A DNA stretch of 64,000 nt from Eledone cirrhosa (Eukaryota): the NCBI GenBank assembly GCA_964016885.1, contig OZ024743.1, forward strand, positions 284,704,001 to 284,768,000, given 5' to 3'. A program made the translations under genes and the position numbers. The notes below the pieces were generated by a model. That model did no database searches. It saw nothing but the letters and a program-made list of their open reading frames with translations, and was not told where the DNA came from. Shown here one piece after another: positions 14,591 through 27,815 of the stretch (its first letter is position 1; each line of letters begins with the position of its first letter).

Positions 14591-16796
14591 TCTTACTATA
14601 TTCGCCAAATTCTTGAATAAATGTTAACACAAATTCTTTTATTATATATAGCCACCTATTCCTTTGACTTAAATACTTCATCATCATCATTTTTACATCT
14701 TTTCATGCTGGCCTGGATTGGATGGGTTGTCACAATAAAAAAACAACTTTGTCTCACTTATACATTCCATGTTTGGCATGGTTTCTATGGTTGCATGCCT
14801 TTCCTAATACCAGACACCCTACAAGATGTCCTGGGTATGGTTTAAAAAAAAATTTTTTTTTGTTTTTGTGACACCAACAACACCAATTTAAAGGTGAACT
14901 GGGTACATTTTATCATGGCATCAGCACTAGAAAGGTGGTCACATGATCATCCAGACTGACACATCCTCTCAGACTCTATATTGTTTCTCACCACATTTAC
15001 TTTTAAATGATGCAGTGCTTGTATTGGTCGATGAGTCTTTTGTATTATGGTATATTGCCAGCCTGCTTGATCCCATGTCATTTCAGTCATGAGGTTTAAT
15101 TTATATATATAGTATATAATAAAGTGTTGTAGTTTGCTTGAAGCATTGTGAAATAAGAAATACAAATATAACTAGGAAATAAGTTTAATTATTTGGAAGT
15201 CTGACAATGCGTGCAAGATGTAAGTGCCAAGGTTATAAGAATTTGAGAAAATAGGACAAAAGAACTGAGAAAAAGAGTGAGAATGATAGAATTTTACCTT
15301 AGCAATTTTAATGATCCCAAATATTTTCGGATTTACCATCAAGGGAAATCTTGTTGGGGTGGGGATCTCAGAGAGCAATCTGAGAAAAGTTGTTGGTGGC
15401 TGGTCGATATATATATAGTGTGTGATGCTGTTTTGTTATGTTTCTTGTTTTTGTCTGTCCATCAGATATCACTCACTAAAAATAGACACCTGATATAATA
15501 AAATCTATTGGCAAAATTCTTTGTGTGCTAATTCATAAAAAATTAATTAATACTTCTTTATTATCATAATTGGTTTTGAATTGACTTCCTATTCTTCTTC
15601 ATTAATAAATGAAATTATAAGGAAGGAATTTTAGAAAAGCTATGTTTCTTGTGTGTTTATTTTTTTATTTTTTGTTCACTGTGAATATATAAAAGATATA
15701 CATACATACATATATATATATATATTTCTACTTTAATATGTTGCTGTAAGGTTGTCCAAGAAATTCTATTGTTATAATAATAATCTGATTAGTAAATGGA
15801 ATAATAGAATATTGCTTATATACCTTGACTCTTGAGAAACTTATTTTAATTAAATTATATGACTCAAACCATTAGGCAACTTTCACTGATGTAATAATTG
15901 AATTTAAGCTAATTATAAATTTATAGGCAGTGAATTGACAGAATAGTTGGTGCGTAGAACAAAATTCCTTGCAGTTGGATTTTACATTCTATATTCAAAT
16001 ATTCTGAGGTCACCTTTGCCTTTTATACTTTTGGGGTTACTAAAATAAAGTATCAATCCAGAGTAGTGGATTAGGAAAATTGTTTGAGTGTCAGTTAAAC
16101 GGCATTACAGTATTTGTTCCAGCTCATTGTGTTGAGTTGAAACCCTACTGTAGCCTTCTTAAAAAGTAGTTTTAATCAGCCACCCAGTTTAACACTACCT
16201 GGTCATGGGTACCTTTAGTAGATATCACTCTGTTGCAAGCATTGGGTCAGGTCTCCAGTTTGAGAATACCTTCCTTGCTCGCTCCCACCAGTCTCAGTGG
16301 TGGTGGAGGTGGAGGTGTTGTCAGCATCATCGTCATCAAAAGCAAAGTCAATCTTGTGTTTTTTTAGCAGAAATTAAAAGAAGGATAGTAATGATAGTTG
16401 GACTACATATGAAGGTGGACATTGGCTTCTGAAAGACAGCATATTTATAGGGAATTAGTTCAAGTTTAATTGAATATACAATTTAACCTTGAGAAAGAAG
16501 GTGAATGAATAAATAGTAAAGTCTTAAAGATAGAACATGGTGATTATTGTATGAAAATGATATGACTTAGTTTCCTTATGTTTATGAATGAAAGTTGTTT
16601 ATCAGTGGAAGCTGCATGTTGCCATCAGTTTGAGATGAATCCATTTTTTATAAAAATAATAGTATCTGAGTTTTTGATTCTAATAAGCAGATAATTTTAA
16701 ATTAATTTTAAATTAAAAGTTTAGAACCCACTGATTTTGATAGCAATAGCTGGTTCATAACATTATCTTTGATTAGAATAAATGGCTGCCTTTGTA

Positions 16797-16806
16797 TACA
16801 CACACA

Positions 16807-16879
<73 letters not shown>

Positions 16880-16882
16880 GTA

Positions 16883-16936
<54 letters not shown>
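16797..16936. repeat. Compound (CA)n/(TG)n/(TA)n microsatellite
   Basis: Direct observation. Confidence 0.97.
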
Positions 16937-16938
<2 letters not shown>

Positions 16939-17480
16939 GTATACACCAATACTACCAGTTACATCACCACTCTTAAGACTAGTATATGATTTCCCCACAA
17001 TGTCTTTGTAGCTAGCAGCTTTGTTTTGATCTTTATTTTTGATCTCCATAGGCAATGCATTAGTAGTAGTTGTTGAGTTGTTTACTTGAACATTATGAAA
17101 ATAATATCTGTATCTAGAGCCTTCATTCTAATAAGCAGACAGTTATTATTTCATTTGAAATAAATAGTTTAGGATGTACCGATTATCATCATCATGATTA
17201 CCATACTTTATGCCTACATTTCCATGCTTGCATGGATGTGAGAATCTCCTTCTCTACCATTTTGTTTTACCTGATTGACTCTGCAAGTAACTGGCTTGAG
17301 TCCTACTTCACAAAATTATTGCAGCATCTCAGCAACTATCTGTGATGGTCCAGCTTTTCAATTTTTCATTTCCCTGATTGCTTCTTTGACCCTATATCTG
17401 TGAACTTTAATAGTGGAACCCTCTGTTGAGTCTTACTGTGGGTAGTCCTTCCTTCCACTCAGAAAGGAAATAATCAACAT

Positions 17481-17668
17481 TGGGCGGTGAATTGGCAGTA
17501 TCGGTAGAGGGTTGGACGCCATGCTTTCTAGCATAGTTATGTCCCTTTACAGTCTGAGTTCAAATCCCGCCGAGGTTAACTTTGCCTTTCATCCTTACGG
17601 GGTTGATAAAATAAAGTACCAGTAATGTACTGGGTAATTGCTGGCCTTGTGCCTAAAGTAGAAACATT
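17481..17668 (+). mobile_element. SINE family B
   Basis: Homologous to the 18470 units. Confidence 0.85.
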
Positions 17669-18469
17669 TAAGTGTAACTAGATGATGTTGGTGAAAAAAA
17701 AAAAAACATTTGAAAAGAATATTGGAGAGCCTGCTCTATGTCTTCTTTTCAAAATAGATGGGTAATAATAAATTTGTGTAATAGCTCAATTCAATGTTAA
17801 TATCAGCATCTTAACTGTTCAGATTGGATTTGTTACTTTATTTCACAGGGTTTGTTCATAAACATTTCACTGTGTGATGAGTGGAATTGGCAGGGTGAGT
17901 TTTCAACTGACATACTAAAAAAAAGTCTGTTGTCAATTGTGCACTTGTATGTTATGCTAATTCTACTGTCTACCTGTCCATCCATCCATCTATTTGTCTG
18001 TTGATGAGCTTGATCTTTTCATAGTAATAGAACCAGTCAAACCAAACCAATCGGTTAGGATCAAATCAGATCAGAGCCATTCAATTTTATATTTAATCTC
18101 AATCAACATCTAAAAATAGGTGAAAGGAGATTTGGCACAAAAACAGAAAGCTACTTTGCTTGTGTGAGTTTAAATATTTGTGAAATAGAGTCTGTGATTG
18201 AAACAGGAGTTAAAGCTTGATGGATATCTCTCTGGATAGTTGACATGGCAAATAAAGAATGTGAATAATGAATTAAAATCTGGGTAGAAGGCATTCTAGA
18301 GAATAATTGTCTTGAAGGTGGTGTTGGAGTGTATGTTACATAAATGGAGACATATGGCAGAAAGGGAAGAAAAAAAAACCAATCGACAATAAATTTAATA
18401 ACAGGGCATTATTAGAATTTTACTTGAGAATACCCTCATTATTATCAACTATATAATCATCATTATTGT

Positions 18470-18847
18470 AGTGGATTGGCAGTATCGTTAGAGAGTCGGA
18501 CGCCATGCTTTCCAGCATAGTTACGTCCCTTTACGATCTGAGTTCAAATCTCGCCAAGGTTGACTTTGCCTTTCATCCTTACGGGGTCGATAAAATAAAG
18601 TACCAGTAATGTACTGGATAATTGCTGGCCTTGTGCCTAAAGTAGAAACAATTATTGTTTCTTGGATTGGCAGTATCGGTAGAGGGTCGGACGCCATGCT
18701 TTCCAGCATAGTTACGTCCCTTTACGATCTGAGTTCAAATCCCGCCGAGGTTGACTTTGCCTTTCATCCTTACGGGGTCGATAAAATAAAGTACCAGTAA
18801 TGCACTGGGTAATTGCTGGCCTTGTGCCTAAAGTAGAAACAATTATT
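18470..18847 (+). mobile_element. Head-to-tail dimer of SINE family B
   Basis: Two units of about 190 bp: A box TGGCAGTATCG, B box GAGTTCAAATC, central GCCTTTCATCCTTACGGGGTCGATAAAATAAAGTACCAG (resembles the Meta-domain as I recall it), tail GCCTAAAGTAGAAAC. Confidence 0.85.
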
Positions 18848-19799
18848 GTTTCTTTACTATGACTATTATCATTATCTTTATAATCATCATTATCATTGTT
18901 ATCATCCATATCATTTTGATTCACACTTGTCCTGTTACAATGATTGCTATCTTCACAATTATTATCTTATAGTCAGCAACACCATTATCATTAGTATATA
19001 TATTATTTCTATTATTTCTTTTGTTTGTTTTTGTTTACAATGATGTTGTTCATCAACATTATAATGCCCATCATCATCATTATCACATTTTACCATTCAA
19101 ATTACATATCTTAAGTATTGTAATATTAATTACAAAGAAACAACACCTACACTGATTAAATAAATATACTTCTAAGGGAAGATGACTTACCTTATTACTT
19201 TACTTTTCTATTATCATTACTATTATTATGCACTACAAAAGGGATTGCCTGTATCAGTAGAGCATTGGGCATACAGTTACAGCCCTTTATGTTCTGAGTT
19301 CAAATGCTACCTAAGGTTAATTTTGCCTTTCATCTTTACGGGGGTTGGTGCCCCCCCCAAAAAAAATTATTGGACTTGTGCCTAAATCAGAAGCCATTAT
19401 TATAGACTACAAAAAACTTTTCAAGGAGAGAAAGAGAGAGAAACTTTTTACATTCTATAAAACAGTTCTATATATATTGTTTTCATTTCTATAGTTTCAC
19501 AGATTTATATCAATTTTTGGATATTTGCTTACATTGGTTGGGCTGCTATATAAATTTAGATTTCTGGGAATGGTTGGAGCAGTTTATTATTAGCATTGTT
19601 ACATTGCCAAAGACTAAGTCTTTATATTCACCTGTACTACATTCCTTGTAAATAAATTGTAACTCTATCAAGGCTTTAGAAAGGTTTTGTTTTTCTCCAG
19701 AAGATGAAGTCACTGAAAGTGAAAAGTATTGATATTCTCAACCAAACCAACAGTATTTATGTAATTGATTTTAAGTCTTGAAAGTCTGTCTCAAGCCAG

Positions 19800-20050
19800 G
19801 AGGTTTGTCAGGCTGGTGCTTATCCCAGTTTCCGTGGTGTTAAGCGACTGAGAGTACAAGACACCCCAAAAGGATGCCAGTCCATTGCAGGTTTAAACCC
19901 CCAGCTACTGCTGGTACTCATTTTCAGTTGAGTATACTAGAGCATTGTGAAATGAAGTGTTTTGCTCAACAACACAACCCAGCCTAGGAATCGAACACAC
20001 AACATTGTGATCATAAGTCCAACGTCCAACACTCTACCACTAAGCCAATT
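19800..20050 (-). mobile_element. Diverged tRNA-derived SINE with a different 3' body
   Basis: Head TGGCTTAGTGG..GTTCGATTCC on the minus strand; body includes CCTGCAATGGACTGGCATCC. Confidence 0.6.
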
Positions 20051-20768
20051 GTGGGAAGCAAAAATTACCTTTCAAAATTTAAGTATTTCAAATCATCTGG
20101 GGAAATATTTTGATATACTAATCTTATATTTAATCTTGCCAATGAAATCAACTTCTTGTAGGTTCTTTGCAACAAGATTTTCTACCACAATTTGTTTGTG
20201 CTATAACCATCACAAGTAGAATTGATTCACGCCAGTCTCATTTCTGATTCTATGAAAAGAATTTTGCAATGAAGTTATCACCTTGTAATAAATAATACTT
20301 CAGAGAATTACATAACCTTGTTAGAAATATCGTTACTTTAAGAGTTCAAACATTTGAAAAATTGATATCTGATTAATCAACTCGTAAAGTATAAATAAAA
20401 TGTGAACTACATCTTTTATTTATTTTGCAGAATCACATTTCTAACACTGAACATCTGTTAAAGGGGCTTTTGATGTGTAATACATATTTATTTATATATA
20501 TTGCATTTTTTAGTTCTTTCTTTTTACAGCATTGGGCCAATATCCTGGAGGTGTTGAATTTGGCTTTCATCCTTTTGGGGCTGATAAAATAAGTTTTATT
20601 TAAGCGGTTATATCCTGCCAAACAATTTTTTGGCCTTGTACCTATGCTGGAAATTATAGATATTATTATTATTATTATTTTCATGATTATCATTATTATT
20701 AGATATTAAAAAGTTCTCTACATCAGAATATTAAGTAAATTTATGACAACACACAGATATATGTGTGC

Positions 20769-20814
<46 letters not shown>

Positions 20815-21169
20815 AAAAATGAAGAAGGTTAGCTTATATCCCACCAAAATGAAATTTTGGCTTAAGTTTAATATATTTTAATACTTCTCTGAGTAGATAA
20901 TTTATTGATATATCTTATCCTTTCATTGAGATGTTTACATGTTCAAAACAGTTAACTTTATAGAATTATAAATTAATATTGTATATATATATATATGTGT
21001 GTGTATAGTTTATTGGTATGTAATGCTAAGTTACTATTGATTCACCAGTTTCAGCACTTGATGCCTAAGTGGATCTGGTTGCCGATATGGTATTGTACAT
21101 TTGGTATTACAATTTAGTTGATATCCTTAAGAAGCAGAGAGTCAATAATAATAATAATAATTATTATTA

Positions 21170-22073
21170 TTATTATTTCTACTTTAGGCACAAGGCCAGC
21201 AATTACCCAGTGCATTACCGGTACTTTATTTTATCGACCCCGTAAGGATGAAAGGCAAAGTAAACCTCAGCGGGATTTGAACTCAGACTGTAAAGGGACG
21301 TAACTATGCTGGAAAGCATGGCGTCCGACTCTCTACCGATACTGCCAATCCTCTGCCCTTATAATAATAATAATAATTGTTTCTACTTTAGGCACAAGGC
21401 CAGCAATTACCCAGTGCATTACTGGTACTTTATTTTATTTATATTTATTTTATTTATAATAATAATAATTATAAATTAACTTTATAGAATTATAAATTAA
21501 TATTGTATATATATATATATATATGTGTGTGTATAGTTTATTGGTATGTAATGCTAAGTTACTATTGATTCACCAGTTTCAGCACTTGATGCCTAAGTGG
21601 ATCTGGTATAATTTATAATAATAATAATAATAATTGTTTCTACATTAGGCACAAGGCCAGCAATTAACCAGTGCATTACTGGTACTTTATTTTATCGACC
21701 CCGTAAGGATGAAAGGCAAAGTTAACCTTGGCGGGATTTGAACTCGGAATGGCAAGGGCCGTAACTCTATACGTCAAAGCATGGCGTCCGACCCTCTACC
21801 AATACTGCCAATCCACAATAATGAGTAGGAATGAGGTATCAATATAGTATCATTATTTTTATTCACACATGACGCATGCTTCACGATTGATCAGCTCAAG
21901 GTATGATCAGTATCAATTATGCCTGACTCTCAAATTGATAGCTCATCAGAATCGTGGATTTCTTAATAATTGTTTCTACTTTTGGCACAAGGCCAGCAAT
22001 AACTCAGTGCATTACTGGTACTTTATTTTATTAACCCTGTAAGGATGAAAGGCAAAGTTAACCTCGGTGGGAT
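21170..22073 (-). mobile_element. Cluster of family B SINEs (two full, two partial)
   Basis: Copies at about 21170-21358, 21373-21436, 21628-21817 and 21963-22073. Confidence 0.8.
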
Positions 22074-22371
22074 TATTAATGGGAGATATCTATATACATA
22101 CACACATACTCTCCCCATACACACACATACATGTGTTTATTTAGGCACATGTGCCCAAGCCCACATATGTACATACACACACACACACACACATGCATAT
22201 ATCAGCTCTTATACCTGATTGAGCACTGTTTTCCTTTTTCTTTTTTCACATCCACCAATATTTTGCTACATATTATAGTTCAAGAATAACAAGATAAAAA
22301 GCAAAGGTGCAAAAACCCAAAGTATTATTAGTTTCATGTTTAGGAATGAAGATAGATAAATGAATAAATGT

Positions 22372-22404
22372 TTCAATGTGTCAGACGTTAGTCCTTCATC
22401 AGGA
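22372..22404 (-). ncRNA. Degenerate hammerhead-like PLE terminal remnant
   Basis: CTGATGA-AGGAC taac GTCT-GACA-CATTGA; GAAA and stem III have decayed. Confidence 0.35.
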
Positions 22405-23047
22405 GAGGGCAAAGTTCAGTTAGGAGGTTGGAAGGCTGGAAAAAATAGTGATGATGTTAATACTGATTAGCTAAAGTTTTAAACTAGATCTGCTTTTTAC
22501 TTCTTTTACCCACTACCAACGTTATAGCATCTGAGCTTTGCCAGTAGCCAATTCAACAGATTGTATTTGTAGGTATACGTCCATCCTTCTGTCAAGTTTG
22601 CCACCTGGCACATATATCATCTTACTTTGTTTGCTACTCATGTTGGTAATATTTCTATATATCTAAAATTATTTTGGTTGTTTTATCTCTCCTGTTCATT
22701 TAAACATTTTCTTCTGCTTTTATTTTTTAATCTCTACCAATATATTTCATTTCTATGAAAGAAAATATTTGGGAAGAAAAGATATATATTCACATCTTTC
22801 TATTTTTTTTTTTGCTCTTTTTTTTTTTTGCTCATTGTCTCCTTATTTTCTTTTCCCTCAACCTATTTGTTTTTCCACTGTTTATAAAGTTCATCATCAC
22901 AGTGTACAGCTTTGGTGAACAATTTGAATACAAAGGGGAACTAAATTACTTCTTAAGCAGGAGGTATATCAGCTTTTCAATTAAAAAATCAGCATCATTT
23001 AATGTTGGCAATGAATGCTTCTGAAATTGGTTACTTTATGGTATATA

Positions 23048-23423
23048 TCATCATCATTTTACGTCCGCTTTTCCCTTTTTGCAAGGGTGGGATGGGAACT
23101 GATTCTGGCTTGATTTCTACAGCTGGATTCCCTTCCTAACACCAACCTCATTTACAGTGAGTGCTGGGTGCTTTTTTTTTCCGTGGCGCCTACACGTCCA
23201 CTTTACAGTGTGGGCTGGGTGCTTTTTTGCCGTGGTACTTCCACGACCACTTTGCAGTGGAATGATATGGACCCCAGTCCCTATCATCTCATTTCTACAG
23301 CTGAATAAACTGGAGCAATGTGAAATAAAGTGTCTTGCTCAAAGAAACAACACATCACCCGGTCCGAGAATTGAACTCACAACCTTTCGATTGCAAGGCC
23401 AATGCTCTAACCACTAAGCCATG

Positions 23424-23426
<3 letters not shown>
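23048..23426 (-). mobile_element. SINE family A
   Basis: Homologous to 27468-27815. Confidence 0.85.

Positions 23427-23511
<85 letters not shown>
23427..23511. repeat. (CT)n then (TA)n
   Basis: Direct observation. Confidence 0.97.
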
Positions 23512-23513
<2 letters not shown>

Positions 23514-23778
23514 AAGAAAAAAAGATGAAATCGAAAATGCAACTGGAGTCTTATTTTTTTTAAAATATATATATTTATTTGGTTCCTTTACCGGTTTCGC
23601 AGTTCCTCTGCTTTTCAAAAGGTGAGTTGAGATGGAGGGTCTGTAGTTTTTCTCACATCTGTGAGATGTGAGAAAAACCACAGTTGCATTTTCGATTTCA
23701 TCTTTTTTTCTTTATACTTTCACTCGTGTAGGACACCTCGGTTATTTTTCAATTTGTAAAAAAAACCTCACTTTCTAA
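23512..23778. mobile_element. Fold-back PLE-terminus-like element related to 51351-51772, right arm internally deleted
   Basis: Outer inverted repeat about 23513-23545/23681-23713, inner hairpin centred near 23662, tail ACTCGTGTAGGACACCTC. Confidence 0.75.
23585..23622 (-). ncRNA. Minimal type I hammerhead ribozyme, U3-A8 core variant
   Basis: CCTT-TTGAAAA-GCAG aggaa CTGC-GAAA-CCGG-TA-AAGG: stems I and II pair, stem III is the palindrome ACCGGT, cleavage triplet GUA. Confidence 0.75.
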
Positions 23779-23919
23779 TATATATATATATATATTTATT
23801 AAAATAACAGATTAAAGTTTAAGCAAAGAATCGCTGCTTTCACCCTTAACGGGATCTTCTGAAACTAACAAAGTCAATCTGTAAACGCAGAACTGGATAT
23901 TTTAAAAAGCGTTGCAACC

Positions 23920-25115
23920 GTGAGTATGGGCGCCAGTGACTCTGCGGAGGTTACTGATCTTATTGGCCTTTTCCTTTTTTTCTCTATCAAGGACGAATTC
24001 CCCAACGTGGGCGGTGGTTTGTACCGTGACGATGGTCTTTTGACCATGACTAAGTGTGGACCTCGTGCTTGCGACAGGTTCAGAAAAGAACTCACAGCCT
24101 TCTTTAAAGGCTTCAACCTCTCTATACAGGTTGAGGCCAATCTCTCGGTCGTTAATTACCTCGACGTTACCCTCAATTTATTGAATGGGTTGTATTACCT
24201 GTATAGAAAGCCGAATGATACGCTTAATTACATAAGTAAGCATTCCAACCATCCTGCCAGCATAACCAAGAACCTGGTAAGAAACGTTTCGTTGAGGCTT
24301 TCCCGTCTTTCCACCAACGAGCGCATTTTCAACGACCATTCCACTTATTACAATGAAGCTCTTGCTCGAAGTGGATTTGTCGATAAGGTAGCATATACTG
24401 AGTACGAAAATAGACCTAGAAGAAATAGATCTCGTCGCATTTGTTGGTTTAACCCACCATATAATATGGAGGTGGCCACACCATTAGCTAAGATCTTTCT
24501 TTCCCTTATTACGAAGCATTTTCCCCCTACATATAAATATAGTAAAATTTTTAATAGAAATACTATTAAAATTTCTTACTCTACGACTCCTAACCTTGCA
24601 CATAACATCACAGCTTCAAATTTAGCTAAACTACCTAGCCGTAGGAACACGTGCAACCCTGTAGTTAGTACTAACTGTAATTGTAGGAATCGGGCTGATT
24701 GCCCCTATCCGGGAAATGCCTCTCTAGTAACATTCTCTACAAATGTAAGGTTGTAACACCCACGTCCCGTAGGGCCTACATAGGGTTAATCGCCAATAGT
24801 TTCAAGCAGCGTCTTTACATGCATACCCATTCTTTTTGTTACCCTCTAAGAAGGAATATGACGTCACTTTCAGCTTATATCTGGAGTCTAAAAGACAACC
24901 ACACCCAATATAAGTTACACTGGGAGATCCTAGCTAGGGCTAGATCGTATAACGGAAATAAAAGACCATGTGACCTCTGCGCCGCTGAGGCCCTGGAAAT
25001 ACTCTACGCCACAGACCACATCTTAAACAAAAAATCTGAGGCAATTTCGGCTTGTAAACATAAATTGCACAAAACTTTCCTGTATTACAGCCCCACGTTA
25101 TACCCTAACGGATAG
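23920..25115 (+). pseudogene. PLE RT (partial) plus GIY-YIG endonuclease, one frameshift near 24710
   Basis: MGASDSAE, YRDDGL, NYLDV, SNHP, WFNPPY, CNC..CP..GKCL, ILYKC..YIG..FKQRL..H, CDLCAAE. Confidence 0.9.
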
Positions 25116-26026
25116 CACGATCTATACGTGGATATTTTACGTCTTGATGTTGGAGCTAAGTATATGTTTGTTTATTCCTTTACTTATTTGCATAGGTAAG
25201 TATAAATTACCCGTATGTTTTGTGAAGGTATGTATACCTTCTCGTACGTATATTTGACTGTTATGGCGTATAATTTTTACATATTCTGGTATTTAGGGTT
25301 TGGCTATGTGTATACGGGAGTTTTGCGTCTGCGTGAGTATGCAGGTTCGTACGTATGGTGGGTGTGTGTATATGTGTACTTCTTGTTTTAGTTGACTTAC
25401 GTCTCCGAACATTCGTGTATTTATATGTAGGTATGCGTGTGCGCTTGTTATATACATATTTATTTACTTATATACGTTTATATAATTATTTATTTATTTG
25501 TACACAAGCATACACACACACACATATTTATATGTGCGTGGTTTTGTATACCCATGGTAAGGTTTTGCGTATGCTTGTGTATGTACGTATCTGTTTGCGT
25601 GTATGTATTTATTTGTTTCTATTACTTCTGTATTGTATTTATTTACTTTGTTCTTAACTCTGTAGCGGAGATTCATTTGGTCTCCTAGTTAGAATTTTAG
25701 TCTACGACTTCTGCTATACCATTTACGTGATTTTGTCTTTGCGTGCTATTGTTCTCCACGCTCCACATTTGACTTATTATCTTCGTTTTTTCGTTCATTG
25801 CCAGAGAACGTCTCTATGCACCACCTAAGAGAACATTAGTCTACGACCTCTTTTATACCATAAACGTGGTTCTGTCTTTGAGCGTAATTGTTTTTCACTG
25901 CTCCTATTAATGACGTATTATTCGTTTTTTCCCGTTCTTTGCCAGCGAACGTTACCACGAACCAAAGTATCGTCTTCCTGTCTTCCTCCGGTTGCAACGT
26001 TTTTTGAAATATCCAGTTCTGCGTTT

Positions 26027-26102
26027 ACAGATTGACTTTGTTAGTTTCAGAAGATCCCGTTAAGGGTGAAAGCAGCGATTCTTTGCTTAAACTTTAATCT
26101 GT
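26027..26102 (+). ncRNA. Extended type I hammerhead-like fold in the PLE pseudo-LTR (variant core CAGAAGA)
   Basis: Stem I ACAGATTGA..AGTTT/AAACT.TTAATCTGT, stem II CCC/GGG, GAAA, stem III AGCAG/TTGCT, triplet CUU. Antisense copy at about 23807-23882. Confidence 0.6.
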
Positions 26103-26189
26103 TATTTTAATAAATATTTGCTCTACGGTTCTTATATATTTGATATATATTTTCCTTATCGAGCCCTCTTTGGATTTTAGTCTTCAATT

Positions 26190-26341
<152 letters not shown>

Positions 26342-26814
26342 ATCATCAAGGTGGTAAAATGTGAGTGTACATGTACTCACCATATGGCTGATGTATCTAT
26401 TATCTACTGAATGAATGGCTTTATACCTGTCAACAACAGCAGAATAACAAAGAAGAGTGGGCAGTAGCAGTGTAATAGTTGCATTGAGTGATTATCTTTT
26501 CTTGGTATTTTATTCTAATTAAATTTTGTCAATTTAACCAGTCCTTTCTAAGATCTGCAGAAATATGTGGGCTGCTGTTTGTGTAATATAGAAAAATGTG
26601 TTTATTTATATATCTTGCTTTCTCCTTTTTTAACTGAACATGCTTCTATAAATAAACATCTTTCTATCTTTAGCATGTCTATTTTCGCAAGTGCAAATAT
26701 TAATTACATTCAACATTTTAATATCCCTCAAAAATTGTTCATGTTAAAAGATAAAATAATCAGAATAAATGAATAAAAATGAAAATAGTTGAAACATTTC
26801 TTTAATTTATTTTG

Positions 26815-27280
26815 TCTTGCCACCAGAATGTTGGTCGCCACACCGAGCTAAACTTAATTATTAAGTGGACCCTGGTTCAAGAAAATATCCCCTCAATTCT
26901 GGAATCAGCTGGATTGTCCAGAGTTGAAGGGAAGAGACCAGATGGTCGTACCCTTTGTCCCTGGGTATGTCACACTCGGTGGCTCTTTTGCTCTGTCCCT
27001 CATCCTGGATGCTATTCTAAATGTGAGGAGCACTGCTTCTGTAGCTGAACAAAATAAGATCCTGAAACACCAGAAATTATCAGCAAACTATTTTTTCCAG
27101 CCTGTAGCATTTGAAACATTTGGTAGAGCTGGGCTGCTAACAACAATGTTCATCATTGGTGGCTCACTTTACCAAGGTATCAGGTGATATCCGTGAAGGT
27201 GCTTGGCTGTTCCAGCACCTTGGCCTCACAATCACCCATGGTAATGCTATGGGCATGTTGGCTTGCTTCAAAAATTATTA
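26815..27280 (+). mobile_element. Decayed CRE-clade non-LTR retrotransposon 3' end (restriction-like endonuclease)
   Basis: RHTELN.II, GKRPDG.T..PW, AEQNK..K, PVAFETFG, HGNA across frames. Confidence 0.72.
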
Positions 27281-27467
27281 GAGAGAGATTTTGGTGCCAC
27301 ATGTGATTTGTGACCAATTGACACAGTGTTGAATCAATATTTTCTTCCATTTTCATTCTATATTTTATGAGAAATACTTATGTAATTAAGTATTGTATAT
27401 ATTATTTGTGTAGATATTTTCATTCTGTAAGAATTATAAATGAATATCAATTAATAAACTGATATTT

Positions 27468-27815
27468 GGAGGCACATGGCTTAGTGGTTAGAGCATTGGC
27501 CTTGCAATCGAAAGGTTGTGAGTTCAATTCTCAGACCGGGTGATGTGTTGTTTCCTTGAGCAAGACACTTTATTTCACGTTGCTCCAGTTTACTCAGCTG
27601 TAGAAATGAGATGATAGGGACTGGGGTCCATATCATTCCACTGCAAAGTGGTCGTGGAGGTGCCACGGCAAAAAAGCACCCAGCACTCACTGTAAATGAG
27701 GTTGGTGTTAGGAAGGGCATCCAGCTGTAGAAATCAAGCCAGAATCGGTTCCTGTCCAACCCTTGCAAGCAGGGAAAAAGCGGACGTAAAATGAAATGAT
27801 GATGATGATGATGAT
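27468..27815 (+). mobile_element. tRNA-derived SINE family A with RTE-derived tail
   Basis: A box TGGCTTAGTGG, B box GAGTTCAATTC, central CCTTGAGCAAGACACTT, tail shared with the RTE family 2 3' UTR, (GAT)n. Confidence 0.88.

Noticed and set aside
27468-27545. tRNA-like sequences with A and B boxes
   Set aside because: They are SINE heads joined to repeat bodies, without a convincing acceptor stem.
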